Below, in pieces: positions 36,768 through 46,900 of a stretch of 64,000 nt of DNA (its first letter is position 1; each line of letters opens with the position of its first letter). The notes below the pieces were generated by a model. It did no database searches. It was not told where the DNA came from and was given only the letters and a program-made list of their open reading frames with translations. The position numbers and the translations under genes are program-made. The DNA is from a virus, in the IMG/VR virus record IMGVR_UViG_3300020000_000011, positions 32,596 through 96,595 of that record, one strand, 5' to 3'.

Positions 36768-37268
36768 ATGGGTGTCTTGAAGGTCAACATCCCAGGCACC
36801 GGTTGGGTCCCGACGACCGGCCCTCCCGGCCCGACTGGCGCCCCTGGCGCTCCCGGCGCCCCTGGTGCGGTCGGCCCTCCTGGCGCTCCCGGCACCGATG
36901 GTGCCCCCGGTCCGCAAGGTCCACCAGGCGTCCAAGGCCCCGTCGGTCCGGCACCCCCGGCGTTCGCCGTCAAGAACTTCACGTCCAACGCCGTCGCTCC
37001 CGTGCTGGCCGACGAGAACTGCCTGTGCACCTTGTCGAACGCCGCGGCGATCACGATCACCATGCCCAGTGATGCGACCGCACCGTTCCAGATCAACGCC
37101 GAGGTCAGCTACCTGTGGCTCGGTGTCGGGCAACCGACGTTCCTCGCCGGACCGGCAGCGGTGGTCAACGCCACGCCAGGGCTGAAGATGCGCGCCCGGT
37201 ACTCGGCGGCGACGGCGAAGAAGATCGCTGCCAACACCTGGGTGATCATCGGGGACCTGAGTGCCTGA
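36768..37268 (+). CDS. collagen-like fibre adaptor protein
   Basis: GXY repeats; C-terminal domain paralogous to 34703..35158. Confidence 0.75.
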   Translation: MGVLKVNIPGTGWVPTTGPPGPTGAPGAPGAPGAVGPPGAPGTDGAPGPQGPPGVQGPVGPAPPAFAVKNFTSNAVAPVLADENCLCTLSNAAAITITMPSDATAPFQINAEVSYLWLGVGQPTFLAGPAAVVNATPGLKMRARYSAATAKKIAANTWVIIGDLSA

Positions 37269-37295
37269 GTAGCAGTTGGGTATACCGTTGACGTG

Positions 37296-37643
37296 ATGGA
37301 CATCCCCCGGCGCGTCGTGTCGCTCGACGAGGCAGCCGCCGCCGTCGAAGCTGCGGTCAAGGCGAAACTCGTCGCCTCGTACGCCGCCCTCGTGGATGCC
37401 ACCGACGTCGCCGTCGGCACCCTGATTGATATCGCGATGTACGGCAGGCGGGAAGAAGCCCGGGTGATGGCAGCCCGTGAGATCCTCGACCGGTCCGGTC
37501 TGTCGCCGGAGATCCGTATCTCGCTCGACACCCAAGGCTCCGAGCGCGACCAGCGGATCGCCGAACTGCGCCGCAAGCTGGACGGGGTCCGCACCTCGCT
37601 GACCACCCCACTGGAACTGGAACGAGGACAGGACGCCGGATGA
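37296..37643 (+). CDS. putative terminase small subunit-like protein
   Basis: RVMAAREILDRSGL motif; upstream of portal; leaderless TACCGT. Confidence 0.5.
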   Translation: MDIPRRVVSLDEAAAAVEAAVKAKLVASYAALVDATDVAVGTLIDIAMYGRREEARVMAAREILDRSGLSPEIRISLDTQGSERDQRIAELRRKLDGVRTSLTTPLELERGQDAG

Positions 37644-37987
37644 GGTACTTCACGCTGCCGGTCATCATCATCATCGGCCTGGTCGCCTACCGCCTCGCTC
37701 GGGTGCTGGCCCACGACAAGATCGGCGAACCGGTCCGCAAGTGGGCGTACAAGCAGTCGTGTGAGCACGGGCGCGCCGGGCGCTGGTTGAACGCCCTGAT
37801 CACCTGCCCATTCTGCCTTAGCGTATGGTTCGCTATAGCTGCGTCCGGTTGGTATGCGTGGATGGTCGCCCCCACCTGGCCCGGCTGGGGCGAGTTCCTC
37901 CTGGCCATCGCCGCCAGCGCCGGGATCGGTTCGTTCCTGTCGTCGGCTGATCTGGCCATGACCGTCTACGTCGAGGGCAACGAGTAA
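37640..37987 (+). CDS. DUF1360-like membrane protein
   Basis: YRLARVL..D.I.EPVR...LITCPFCLSVW. Confidence 0.75.
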   Translation: MRYFTLPVIIIIGLVAYRLARVLAHDKIGEPVRKWAYKQSCEHGRAGRWLNALITCPFCLSVWFAIAASGWYAWMVAPTWPGWGEFLLAIAASAGIGSFLSSADLAMTVYVEGNE

Positions 37988-37997
37988 CCTCCCCGAC

Positions 37998-39611
37998 GTG
38001 GCCAAGTTCTTCAGTGACGAACCGACGGTCGACCAGCCAGGCCCTCGCAAACTGCCGCCGTACAACACGCCCCGGCCGATGGTCGGCGCCGCGCAGAAGC
38101 TGAACCTGTCGAAGGTCGGCGACAAGTTGGACAAGCGCCCAACGGCGCAGTGGCAGATCGCTGCGTGGAGGTTCTTCGAACAGATCGGCGAGATCCACTA
38201 CGCGTTCAACCTGATCGGCTCGATCTGCTCCAGAGTCCGCCTGTTCCCGGCCGTGGTCGCCGCCGCCAACGAGACACCGGTGCACGTCGACACGTGGCTG
38301 GAATCGTTGGACGACAAGGGCAACACCGACAAGTCCCGCGACGTCGTCGACAAGGCCAAAGAGTTGATGGAGGACCTGACGGAGAACACCCCTGGCCGCA
38401 CGTCGGGGATGATGCGGACGATGGCGATGAACTTCGGTGTGCCCGGCGAGGTGTACCTGTGCCAGGACACGGCCAACAAGCAGTGGCTCGTCGTGTCGTC
38501 CGAGGAACTGACGTCGCAGTCGAAGCAGTGGCGCATCCGCCGGTCACGCAGCGCACGGTCGAACTCGCAAGGCTCCAAGGACCTGACGTTGCCCGGCGAC
38601 GCGTGGGTTGCTCGACTGTGGCGCGCCCACCCCCGCTTCGGCGACGAACCCGACTCGTCCATGCTGGGCGTGCTCGACCAGTGCGAACAGTTGGTGCTGC
38701 TCGACCAGGCGATGAGGAACATGGCCCGCCGGGCGATGAACGCCGGACTCGTGTTCCTCCCCGACGGGATCGTTGCCTACTCGGCGTCCGACAAGGAACA
38801 GACGATCGCTGATGCGATTGCCGAGTCGGCGTTGCAAGCCGTCGAGTCGGAATCGGCTCTGTCGACCGTCACCCCGAAGGTCGTGTCCGGTCCGCCGGAG
38901 TTGGGCGAGAAGATCAAGTTCATCACGCTCACCCAGGCGACCGACCCGAACCTGGCGACCGCCGCGCAGAAGCTGCTGGAACGGATCCTGATCGGCATCG
39001 ACATCCCCAAGGACGTCGTCAAGGGGTTGGCCGATGTGAAGTACGCCAACGCCATCGTCATCGACGACGACCTGTACCGGGCGCACATCGAACCGTTGGT
39101 GCTGCTGATCGTCGACACGCTCACCTCGGTGTACCTGCGCCCGATGCTGATGAAGGGCCTCGACGAAGCGCAGATGAAGATCGCTGAACGGATCGTGGTG
39201 TGGGCCGACACGTCGGCGATCGTCACCCGGCCGGACAAGTCGCAGGCATCCAACGAGGGCTTCGACAAGATGCTGCTGTCGGGTGAGGCGTGGCGCCGGT
39301 CGCGAGGGTTCTCCGAAACCGACAAGCCGTCCGAAGAAGAACTCGTGCTGCGCGTGGCGATGGCCCGGGCGCCGATCCCGCCGGAGATGGCGTCGGTGAT
39401 GCTCACTGCGTTGAACCCGGCGTTCTTCGAACAGGCAGCGAAGGCCGGTGAGGAACAGGCCGGGATCCCCGACGACGTGTCGGAACTGTTGAAGGGGCCA
39501 CCTGGTACCGCACCGAACGAGCCGTCGGCGATGGAACGCGCCGGTGGCCCACTGAACGGTGGTCAGGTCGTGTCGCCCGGCGGCAACCTTCCGCCGCAAC
39601 CTGCGCGCTAG
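37998..39611 (+). CDS. portal protein
   Basis: WQIAAWRFFEQIGEIHYA...SRVRL...RLWRAHPR...PDSS..GVL as in cluster-B-type portals; 537 aa. Confidence 0.8.
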   Translation: MAKFFSDEPTVDQPGPRKLPPYNTPRPMVGAAQKLNLSKVGDKLDKRPTAQWQIAAWRFFEQIGEIHYAFNLIGSICSRVRLFPAVVAAANETPVHVDTWLESLDDKGNTDKSRDVVDKAKELMEDLTENTPGRTSGMMRTMAMNFGVPGEVYLCQDTANKQWLVVSSEELTSQSKQWRIRRSRSARSNSQGSKDLTLPGDAWVARLWRAHPRFGDEPDSSMLGVLDQCEQLVLLDQAMRNMARRAMNAGLVFLPDGIVAYSASDKEQTIADAIAESALQAVESESALSTVTPKVVSGPPELGEKIKFITLTQATDPNLATAAQKLLERILIGIDIPKDVVKGLADVKYANAIVIDDDLYRAHIEPLVLLIVDTLTSVYLRPMLMKGLDEAQMKIAERIVVWADTSAIVTRPDKSQASNEGFDKMLLSGEAWRRSRGFSETDKPSEEELVLRVAMARAPIPPEMASVMLTALNPAFFEQAAKAGEEQAGIPDDVSELLKGPPGTAPNEPSAMERAGGPLNGGQVVSPGGNLPPQPAR

Positions 39612-39612
39612 A

Positions 39613-39912
39613 TCACTTGGCGTTGAGGATCCGTACGAGGCGCTTCAGTCGTTCGTCCTCGATCACCAGTTCACGGATCTCGTCGTTGATCTGAGCACGG
39701 GAGTCGCGCAGTGTCGCCAACTGAACGGTGACTCGTTCGGCTGCCCGGCGGATCGCTACCGCGGCTTCGTCGAGCGGGGTCGGTGACAACATCGGCGGCT
39801 CCACGTCGAGGGCGTCCTCGTCGCTGTGGTGCTGCCATCCCTGGTCGGGTGGCTGGACAACACCGAGCAGGGAGGTGGGATCGTCTGGTATCAGGTCTGG
39901 GGTCGTGGTCAT
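39613..39912 (-). CDS. hypothetical coiled-coil protein
   Basis: TAGGGT 7 nt before the ATG. Confidence 0.55.
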   Translation of the reverse strand: MTTTPDLIPDDPTSLLGVVQPPDQGWQHHSDEDALDVEPPMLSPTPLDEAAVAIRRAAERVTVQLATLRDSRAQINDEIRELVIEDERLKRLVRILNAK

Positions 39913-40039
39913 CTTGTATACCCTAGTACGTCTGCTACGGTACCGACCGAGACAAAGACGCAGACCCGGACTCCGACGTAGACGAACCCAATGGTCCACC
40001 CAGAGATGGGGTCTACGTCGTGAACCCAGGAGCACCCAC

Positions 40040-40384
40040 ATGGTCAAGTCGTTCAAGGGTTTCGTGCCCTCCGAAACCGTCACGTTCGAACTTCAGTCGC
40101 CAGACGGAACCAACACCGTCACGTTCCGCTGCAAGCCCAACGTCCCCGGTTCGAAGTTCTTGGAGTACATGGAACGGGCCGAGTCCGTGCAGGACTTCGG
40201 TGCGATGGCCAAGGCTGTGCGCGACATCATCAACACCGCGCTCACCCCTGAATCGGCGAAAGAGTTCTGGGCGTTCGCCGACAACGAAGTCAACGGCATC
40301 AGTCTCGACACGCTCTCGGAGATCTCCGGGTGGCTCGCAGAGACGTTCGCTGGTAACCGCCCTACGGTGCCTCAACCAGCCTGA
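40040..40384 (+). CDS. tail assembly chaperone (G)
   Basis: Upstream of tape measure; RBS CAGGAG; ends ...GNRPT. Confidence 0.75.
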   Translation: MVKSFKGFVPSETVTFELQSPDGTNTVTFRCKPNVPGSKFLEYMERAESVQDFGAMAKAVRDIINTALTPESAKEFWAFADNEVNGISLDTLSEISGWLAETFAGNRPTVPQPA

Positions 40385-40680
40385 TCTCCTGGCTGGCTGG
40401 GGAAACCTGGATCTCGGCCGCGGGCGAGTACGCGTTCTACAACGGTGGGGCCTGGCTCGGCGATGTGCCGACACCACGGCTGGTCGAGATCGCTTACTTC
40501 CTGTTGAAGCGCGAGGTGCTCTCAGGGGTCGTCGAGCAACCGGTGGCTCGTGCCCGGGACCAGGCGATGCGGCGGGTCGACGGTTCGTTGCAGATGGCCG
40601 GGGACGACGATGACACCGGCCTCCCTGCGTGGGTCGTGTCGGCAGGGATCATGCCCGCCGACGGTTCAACGCTCGACTAG
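40360..40680 (+). CDS. tail assembly chaperone frameshift extension (GT, -1 frame)
   Basis: -1 frame open from 40357 to 40680; junction CGC CCT ACG. Confidence 0.65.
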   Translation, partial: PYGASTSLISWLAGETWISAAGEYAFYNGGAWLGDVPTPRLVEIAYFLLKREVLSGVVEQPVARARDQAMRRVDGSLQMAGDDDDTGLPAWVVSAGIMPADGSTLD

Positions 40681-40689
40681 GCGCGCCTG

Positions 40690-43600
40690 ATGGCGCTCTC
40701 CGATGTCGGTACCGCCTATGTGATCATCAAGGCCAACACCGAACAGTTGGCCGGAGACATCGGCAAGGGGTTCAAGAAGGGCGCCGCCGACGCTGACGAC
40801 GACATCGCCAAGTCCGGTTCCGAGGGCGGCAAATCGTACAAGAAGGGGATGCTCGGCGAGATCGGCGACGGCGAGATCGGCGACGGTGTCACCGAGTCGT
40901 TGAACACCCCGGAGATCAACAAGAACTCCGAGAAGGCCGGGGCCAACGTCTCGCGTCGCGTCAAGAAGGGCCACGACAAGGAGAACAAGAAGCACAACCC
41001 GTTCGCGTCGCTCGGCGACTCGCTGGGTCAGGTGTTCTCGGGGATGGCCAAGCTGAAGTGGCCCGCGATTCTGCTCGCCGCCCCCGACGTTCTCGGCGGT
41101 CTGGCCAACATCATCGGGGCGTCGCTGGCCGGGATCACCGAAGCCCTCGGGTTCCTCGTCGAAGCCGCCGCCGGTGCCGGTGCCGCACTGGTCGGGATCG
41201 GTGTCGTGGCGATCCCTGCGCTCGCCGTCCTGTTCGCCGCGTTCAAGGTCAGCACCGACGAACTCGACTCATTCAAGGAAGCCGCCAAGCCGCTCATCGG
41301 CCAGTGGAAGAACGTTGCCGTCGCGGTGCAGAAGAAGGTCCTCCCGGCGATGCTCGGGTTCCTCGAAACCAGCCAACTGCTGATCCCGATGTGGGTCGAG
41401 TTCGGTGACCACATCGGCACGATCGCAGGCAACTTCCTGACGATGGCCGGGAACGTGCTGACGTCGAACAAGAACCTCGACGCCTTCGCGACGATCATGG
41501 AGAACAGCGAGAAGTTCTTCGGTCTGATCTCCGAATCGCTGCTCGTCGTCTTCGATGCGTTGATCCCGGTGTTCGCCATCCTCGCGCCGCTCGGCGTGCA
41601 GTTCGCCGAGTCGCTCCGCAAGATGGCCGACCACCTCGCCGAGTTCCTCGCGCAACCCGGCAAGCTCGACGAACTGTCGGTCAAGTTCCAAGACTGGTAC
41701 GACAAACTCGCGCAGGTCTTTCGGATCATCGGCAACGTGTTCACCGCGCTGTGGGAGATCCTCGGTGTCGGCGCCGAGTTCGGCACGAGCATGTTCGATT
41801 CGTTGGAGAAGGTCACCGGCAAGTGGGCCGAGTGGACCCAGTCGATCGAGGGGCAGACCGCGTTGCAGGACTGGTTCGCCAAGTCGCAACCGTTGATGCA
41901 CGAGATCTGGTTGCTGATCAAGGACATCGCCGACATCGTCATCGGGCCGATCATCGACGTCGATTCGCAGCAGGGGACCATCGACTTCGTCCACACACTC
42001 CGCACCGACTGGTTGCCGACCTTCAAGGACATCTTCGACGCGTTGGGTAACGCCGGTGTCGGTGAGGCCCTTCAGACACTCGCCGACGCCCTCGTCGACT
42101 TCATCAACTCGTTCTCAGGGTCGTCGACGATCGTGGCGACCATCGACACCTTCGCCAAGGTCATCGAGGGCTTCGCCAAGGTGTTGTCGGACCCGTTGGT
42201 GGCCGAGGTCGCGCCGACGTTGGCGGCGATCTACGGCGGACTCGCGGTGTTCAAGTTCCTCAAACTCGACAACCTCGCCAAGGACGTCTTCGCCGTCGGC
42301 AGCGGGTTCCTCAACCTTGGCAAGGGTCTGTTCGCGACAGGTGAAGGGGTCGCTGCTGCGAAAGCGGCCGGTGGGCTGCAATCGCTCGGTGCGACGCTCG
42401 CTCCGATCGCCGGGCCGCTGCTGGCCGTCGCCGCGGCGATCGCAGCGATCTGGGCCGTGTGGCACTTCTGGGACGAGATCATGGCCGGGCTGAAGACTGC
42501 GTGGGAATGGTTCACGAAACTGTCGACGCCGATCCAGATCCTCGTCGGGATCCTCGCCGGGATGACGGCGATCATCATGGCCCCGCTGCTCGGGTTCATC
42601 GGGCTGATCTTCGGTGTCATCGCAGTGTTCAAGAACTGGGAAGCGATCGCCGGGTTCGTCGACCGAGTATGGGACGCTATATTCAACTTCTTCACGGGAC
42701 TGCCCGACCTGATCGGCAAGCTGCCCGGGTTGCTCGGCGGGGTCGGTCTGTCGATCCTCAACTTCTTCGAAGGGGTCGGCGAGTCGATCCTCGGGTTCCT
42801 CGGTCGCCTGCCAGGGATCATCGGTGGCGCCCTGCTCGGAGCGTTGACGGCAATCCCCGGTCTGGTGATGGACGCGCTCTCCGGGCTGGCCAACGTCGGG
42901 TTGGGGATCCTCCAGTGGATCGCCGACGGCATCGTCACCGCCGCGCCGGTCGTCGCCCAGTTCTTCACCGAGCTACCGATCAAGATCCTCGGCTGGGTCG
43001 GTCAGGCGTTCTCGGCGCTCACCGGCCTCGGCACGAACATCTTGCAGTGGATCATCGAGGGCCTCGTCGAATGGTTGCCGAAGGTCCTCGTGTTCTTCAT
43101 CAAGATGCCGTTCGAAATCCTCACCCTGCTCCGCAAGGCCAACGTCGAGATGGTCAAGATCGGCTGGCGGATCCTGATGTGGATGATCGACGGGCTGGTC
43201 GAAGCGTGGCCGTCGATTCTCGACTTCTTCAAGAAGCTGCCGCGCCGGATCATCGACGCCTTGGAAGCCGCCGGGAAGTTCCTGCTGTCGGTCGGCAGGT
43301 CGATCATCGACGGGATGTGGCAAGGCATCCAGACGGCGTGGGACATCGGCCTCGACTTCTTCAAGAAACTGCCACGACGGATCCTCGACGCGTTGATCAA
43401 CTCGGCCATGTGGCTGCGTGATGTCGGCAGCGGGATCATCAACGGGATGTGGCAGGGCATCCAGTCGTCGTGGGATGCCGGGCTGGAGTTCTTCACCGGG
43501 CTACCGGCGCGGATCATGGGCTACTTCACGTCGACGATCGACTGGCTGAAGCAGGTCGGCGGCGACCTGATCCAAGGACTATGGAACGGTATACAAGAGG

Positions 43601-44577
43601 TGTTCGCGTCGGTCAACGAGTTCTTCATGGGCATGCCCCAAGCCCTGCTCGACCTCGTCCTCGCCGGTGCCCCGATCGTCGCCTCGATCGGGTCGAGCGT
43701 CATCCAGTGGATCCTCGACGCGATCACCACCGCAGCCACCACCGTGTGGGACTGGTTCACCGGGCTGCCGCAAGCCCTCTGGGATCTCGTCAGTGGCGCC
43801 TCGCAGAAGATCATCGACATCGGTAGCGACGCCATCGGCTGGATCGTCAGCGGCCTCGTGTCCGTCGCCCAGGACGTGTGGAACTGGTTCCTCGACTTCC
43901 CGCAGGCGGCGTGGGACACCGTCAGTGGGATCTCGCAGAAGATCATGGACATCGGCCTCGACGCCATCGGTTGGATCCTCGACGGCATCCACGACGCCGA
44001 GGTCGACCTGTGGACCTGGTTCACCGAACTCCCCGGCGTCGTATGGCAGAAAGTACAGGACGTCTCACAGAAGGTCATCGACATCGGCAAGGACATGATC
44101 GGCTGGATCGTCGAAGGCTTGGAGGGGTTGGCCTCCACCCTGTGGACGACGTTGACCGAGGCGCTGCCGTCGCCGTCGGATGTGATGGGGGCGATCAAGG
44201 GGATCTTCACCTCGGCGATCAACCTGCTGCCCGATCTCACCCCCGGCTTCGATGTGCCCGGCGTCCCGTTCTTCGAAATGGGTGGCATCATCCCGGGTTC
44301 GGCGTTGGGCATGCCGGTGATCGTCGGTGAACGGTTCAAGTCGGAAGCGATCGTGCCGATGGAACGTCCCGGCCGTGCGCTGGCCGTGATGCAACAGGCG
44401 GGCCTCGACAAGATGGTCCTCAACGCCTACATGGGTTCATCCACTGACGCACCGGCCGGTGTCGCCGGGCGCGACGTCACCATGTTGCACATCGACCGGG
44501 CCACGATCACCGCTCCAGTCGACGCCGACATGATCGTCCAGAAGATCGCCACCGCATACAGGAGAATGGCGTCATGA
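40690..44577 (+). CDS. tape measure protein
   Basis: 1295 aa, helical, periodic Trp/Phe repeats; N-terminal VGTAYVII. Confidence 0.95.
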   Translation: MALSDVGTAYVIIKANTEQLAGDIGKGFKKGAADADDDIAKSGSEGGKSYKKGMLGEIGDGEIGDGVTESLNTPEINKNSEKAGANVSRRVKKGHDKENKKHNPFASLGDSLGQVFSGMAKLKWPAILLAAPDVLGGLANIIGASLAGITEALGFLVEAAAGAGAALVGIGVVAIPALAVLFAAFKVSTDELDSFKEAAKPLIGQWKNVAVAVQKKVLPAMLGFLETSQLLIPMWVEFGDHIGTIAGNFLTMAGNVLTSNKNLDAFATIMENSEKFFGLISESLLVVFDALIPVFAILAPLGVQFAESLRKMADHLAEFLAQPGKLDELSVKFQDWYDKLAQVFRIIGNVFTALWEILGVGAEFGTSMFDSLEKVTGKWAEWTQSIEGQTALQDWFAKSQPLMHEIWLLIKDIADIVIGPIIDVDSQQGTIDFVHTLRTDWLPTFKDIFDALGNAGVGEALQTLADALVDFINSFSGSSTIVATIDTFAKVIEGFAKVLSDPLVAEVAPTLAAIYGGLAVFKFLKLDNLAKDVFAVGSGFLNLGKGLFATGEGVAAAKAAGGLQSLGATLAPIAGPLLAVAAAIAAIWAVWHFWDEIMAGLKTAWEWFTKLSTPIQILVGILAGMTAIIMAPLLGFIGLIFGVIAVFKNWEAIAGFVDRVWDAIFNFFTGLPDLIGKLPGLLGGVGLSILNFFEGVGESILGFLGRLPGIIGGALLGALTAIPGLVMDALSGLANVGLGILQWIADGIVTAAPVVAQFFTELPIKILGWVGQAFSALTGLGTNILQWIIEGLVEWLPKVLVFFIKMPFEILTLLRKANVEMVKIGWRILMWMIDGLVEAWPSILDFFKKLPRRIIDALEAAGKFLLSVGRSIIDGMWQGIQTAWDIGLDFFKKLPRRILDALINSAMWLRDVGSGIINGMWQGIQSSWDAGLEFFTGLPARIMGYFTSTIDWLKQVGGDLIQGLWNGIQEVFASVNEFFMGMPQALLDLVLAGAPIVASIGSSVIQWILDAITTAATTVWDWFTGLPQALWDLVSGASQKIIDIGSDAIGWIVSGLVSVAQDVWNWFLDFPQAAWDTVSGISQKIMDIGLDAIGWILDGIHDAEVDLWTWFTELPGVVWQKVQDVSQKVIDIGKDMIGWIVEGLEGLASTLWTTLTEALPSPSDVMGAIKGIFTSAINLLPDLTPGFDVPGVPFFEMGGIIPGSALGMPVIVGERFKSEAIVPMERPGRALAVMQQAGLDKMVLNAYMGSSTDAPAGVAGRDVTMLHIDRATITAPVDADMIVQKIATAYRRMAS

Positions 44578-45593
44578 CCTATCCGGCGAACTGGCCCACC
44601 CCGGGCAAGATGCACTTCCGGTTGACCGAACCGCGCCTCGGCCAGTTGGATCTCGACTGCGACGCCGGGTACGTCGTGTCGTCCTACGACCTCGGGTTCC
44701 CGGCCGTGCGCGAGGTGTCGGTACCGAACTCGCTCGACGACGGCACGTACGACATCTCGCACTTCTACGGGGCGCGCAGCATCACGCTCGATGTGATCGT
44801 GAAGCCGCACACCGGCCTCGACTCGACGTCGTCGCCGACTGCTGCTGAAGCGGTGCTGCGTGACCGGCTGCTGGCCTACATGTACCCGGGTGTGCGACCG
44901 ACGCTGATCTTCTCCGAGCACCAGGACGCTCGGGTCAAGCAGGTGATGTTGCGTGGCGCGCAAGGGTCGGTGGCGGTCAGCCGACGGAACTACAACAAGA
45001 TCAGCGCCTCGTGGGTCGCGCCGCGTGGTGCGCTGCTGTCGTGGGATCCGCAGTGCTACGCGTACATGTTCTCGTCGAACACCGCCGACACCCAGTCCCA
45101 GACGATCCACAACAACGGGTCCGCTCCGGCGCACTGGCAGGCGACACTGGTCGGTGAGTCGATCAAACCGCGGTTCATCCTCAACGGTCAACAGGTGCTG
45201 CAACTCGACTACGAGACGTCGGTCGGTGACACGATCGTCATCGACTCGTTCTCGCGGACCGTGACGATCGACGGTGTGCAAACCGGCTACAAGTACGTCG
45301 GTGGCAACGCCTCTTGGGCGCAGGTCCCGCCGGGCGCCTCGACGTTGACGATCGAGCAGGACACGTACACGGTCGAGGGGTACCCGTTCGCCTACTGGCA
45401 GCCGACCGCGCCGATCGTTCCGAACCCGGCGAAGACACCGACGAACTGGGCGACGCCGCCGGGAACGACTCCGCCGAACAACCCGCCTCCTGGTGGTAAG
45501 CCGCCGTGGGCGTGGACCACGAGGATCGACCCGAGCACCGGGGAGCCGGGCCGGTTGGATATCAACTTCTGCTTCTACGACACATTCGTATGA
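44574..45593 (+). CDS. distal tail (Dit)-like minor tail protein
   Basis: Follows TMP; DLGFP.VRE...DDG..D...YGAR.ITL; NNGSAP; IVID...RTV. Confidence 0.75.
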   Translation: MTYPANWPTPGKMHFRLTEPRLGQLDLDCDAGYVVSSYDLGFPAVREVSVPNSLDDGTYDISHFYGARSITLDVIVKPHTGLDSTSSPTAAEAVLRDRLLAYMYPGVRPTLIFSEHQDARVKQVMLRGAQGSVAVSRRNYNKISASWVAPRGALLSWDPQCYAYMFSSNTADTQSQTIHNNGSAPAHWQATLVGESIKPRFILNGQQVLQLDYETSVGDTIVIDSFSRTVTIDGVQTGYKYVGGNASWAQVPPGASTLTIEQDTYTVEGYPFAYWQPTAPIVPNPAKTPTNWATPPGTTPPNNPPPGGKPPWAWTTRIDPSTGEPGRLDINFCFYDTFV

Positions 45594-45606
45594 TCGGGTA
45601 TATCTC

Positions 45607-46881
45607 ATGTCGATGATCATGCCGCCGTTCCCGCAAGTGCTGGAAGAGGCCCCGCACCTGTGGCAGATCCTGGTCGTCAACGGCGCCGAGCGCGTCGTGC
45701 TCGACCAGTGGACGTCGTTGTCGATCAGCGAAGACCACGACGGTGTCCGCATCGAACTGGAAGTCAACGGCATAGACCCGATGATCGCCGTGATGCGAAT
45801 GATGGTCACCGACCTGGAGTTCTACTGGAACGATCAACTCACCTACCTGGTCCGCATCGCCGACGCCGAAGACACCCTGACCCGCGACGGCCACGCCGTG
45901 CACTTCTCCTGCGTCGGCTACGAGAAGCTGTTGGAGCGTCGCATCCTGCGTCCCAACGACGGCCTCGGGGCCGAAGGCACGTACGTGCTCGACACGCTCG
46001 ACATCGACGCCGCCTGGTCGCTGATCGCCTACACCCAAGCGAAGCTGTCGTTCGGGATCACCCGTGGCACGACCGCTCACGGGGTCCGCCGTCAGCGTTC
46101 GTTGAACTGGGGCGACACGATCATCGAGTGCATCAACAACTTCGCCGAGTCCGACGCCGGGTTCGACTGGTGGATCGACGCCCACAAGGTGTGGTGGGCG
46201 CAGAAACCGCGGCGTGGCACCGCTCACGACGTCGAGTGGCGGTGGGGCGGTGAGATCGCCGAACTCGTCCGGCAGTCGGCGATGGAGGATTACGCGTCGC
46301 TGGTGGTGACGACCGGCGCCCAGAACGAAACGTCGATCCCTGACCCACCGAACCCCGACCGTGTCTACCCGCCACCGGCGCCGCAGATGGTGCAACTGGC
46401 CACCAAGCCGCTCGGGCTGTGGGAAGTCGCTGTGTCGTACTCGGATGTGATCACCGAGCCGTCGCTGCTGGAGAAGGCGAACTGGCACCTGTCCGACCTG
46501 GCCACGATCCGCCCGACGTACAAGATCACGCTGGAACCGGGGATCTGGAACCCTGGTTTCAAGATCGGTGACACGCTGGTGATGCGCGTCGCCAGTGTGG
46601 CCCGCCTCAACATCAAGGTCCCGATACGGATCGAGGAAGTCCAGATCGGGATCACCGCCGACGGCGAAGAAGCGGTGGCCATGTCGGTGCGCGCCGAGGA
46701 AGCCGAAACGTTCATCACCCCGACGGCGACACCGCTCGACGAACCGGACCCGCAGATCGCTCCGGCGCTGTACGGGCGCACCGTCGCCCACCACCGGCTG
46801 AAGCCGTGGGATGACCTGGCGGCAGTGATGCGGACCGTCAACCAGCGCCTCGGACGGCAAGAACGCTCTCCGAGCGCCTGA
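45607..46881 (+). CDS. minor tail (hub/Tal-like) protein
   Basis: Follows Dit; GFDWWID, IGDT...RIEE pattern. Confidence 0.7.
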   Translation: MSMIMPPFPQVLEEAPHLWQILVVNGAERVVLDQWTSLSISEDHDGVRIELEVNGIDPMIAVMRMMVTDLEFYWNDQLTYLVRIADAEDTLTRDGHAVHFSCVGYEKLLERRILRPNDGLGAEGTYVLDTLDIDAAWSLIAYTQAKLSFGITRGTTAHGVRRQRSLNWGDTIIECINNFAESDAGFDWWIDAHKVWWAQKPRRGTAHDVEWRWGGEIAELVRQSAMEDYASLVVTTGAQNETSIPDPPNPDRVYPPPAPQMVQLATKPLGLWEVAVSYSDVITEPSLLEKANWHLSDLATIRPTYKITLEPGIWNPGFKIGDTLVMRVASVARLNIKVPIRIEEVQIGITADGEEAVAMSVRAEEAETFITPTATPLDEPDPQIAPALYGRTVAHHRLKPWDDLAAVMRTVNQRLGRQERSPSA

Positions 46882-46900
46882 GCGAACTACCATTCCGCCC

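Noticed and set aside
36815-36960. CRISPR-like or tandem DNA repeats
   Set aside because: These are collagen Gly-X-Y coding repeats; no repeat-spacer array was found in the window.
35598-37535. Long antisense/alternate-frame ORFs (also 21135..22964, 25474..27132, 5120..6466)
   Set aside because: Shadow ORFs expected in high-GC coding DNA; they overlap well-supported genes and lack recognisable motifs.
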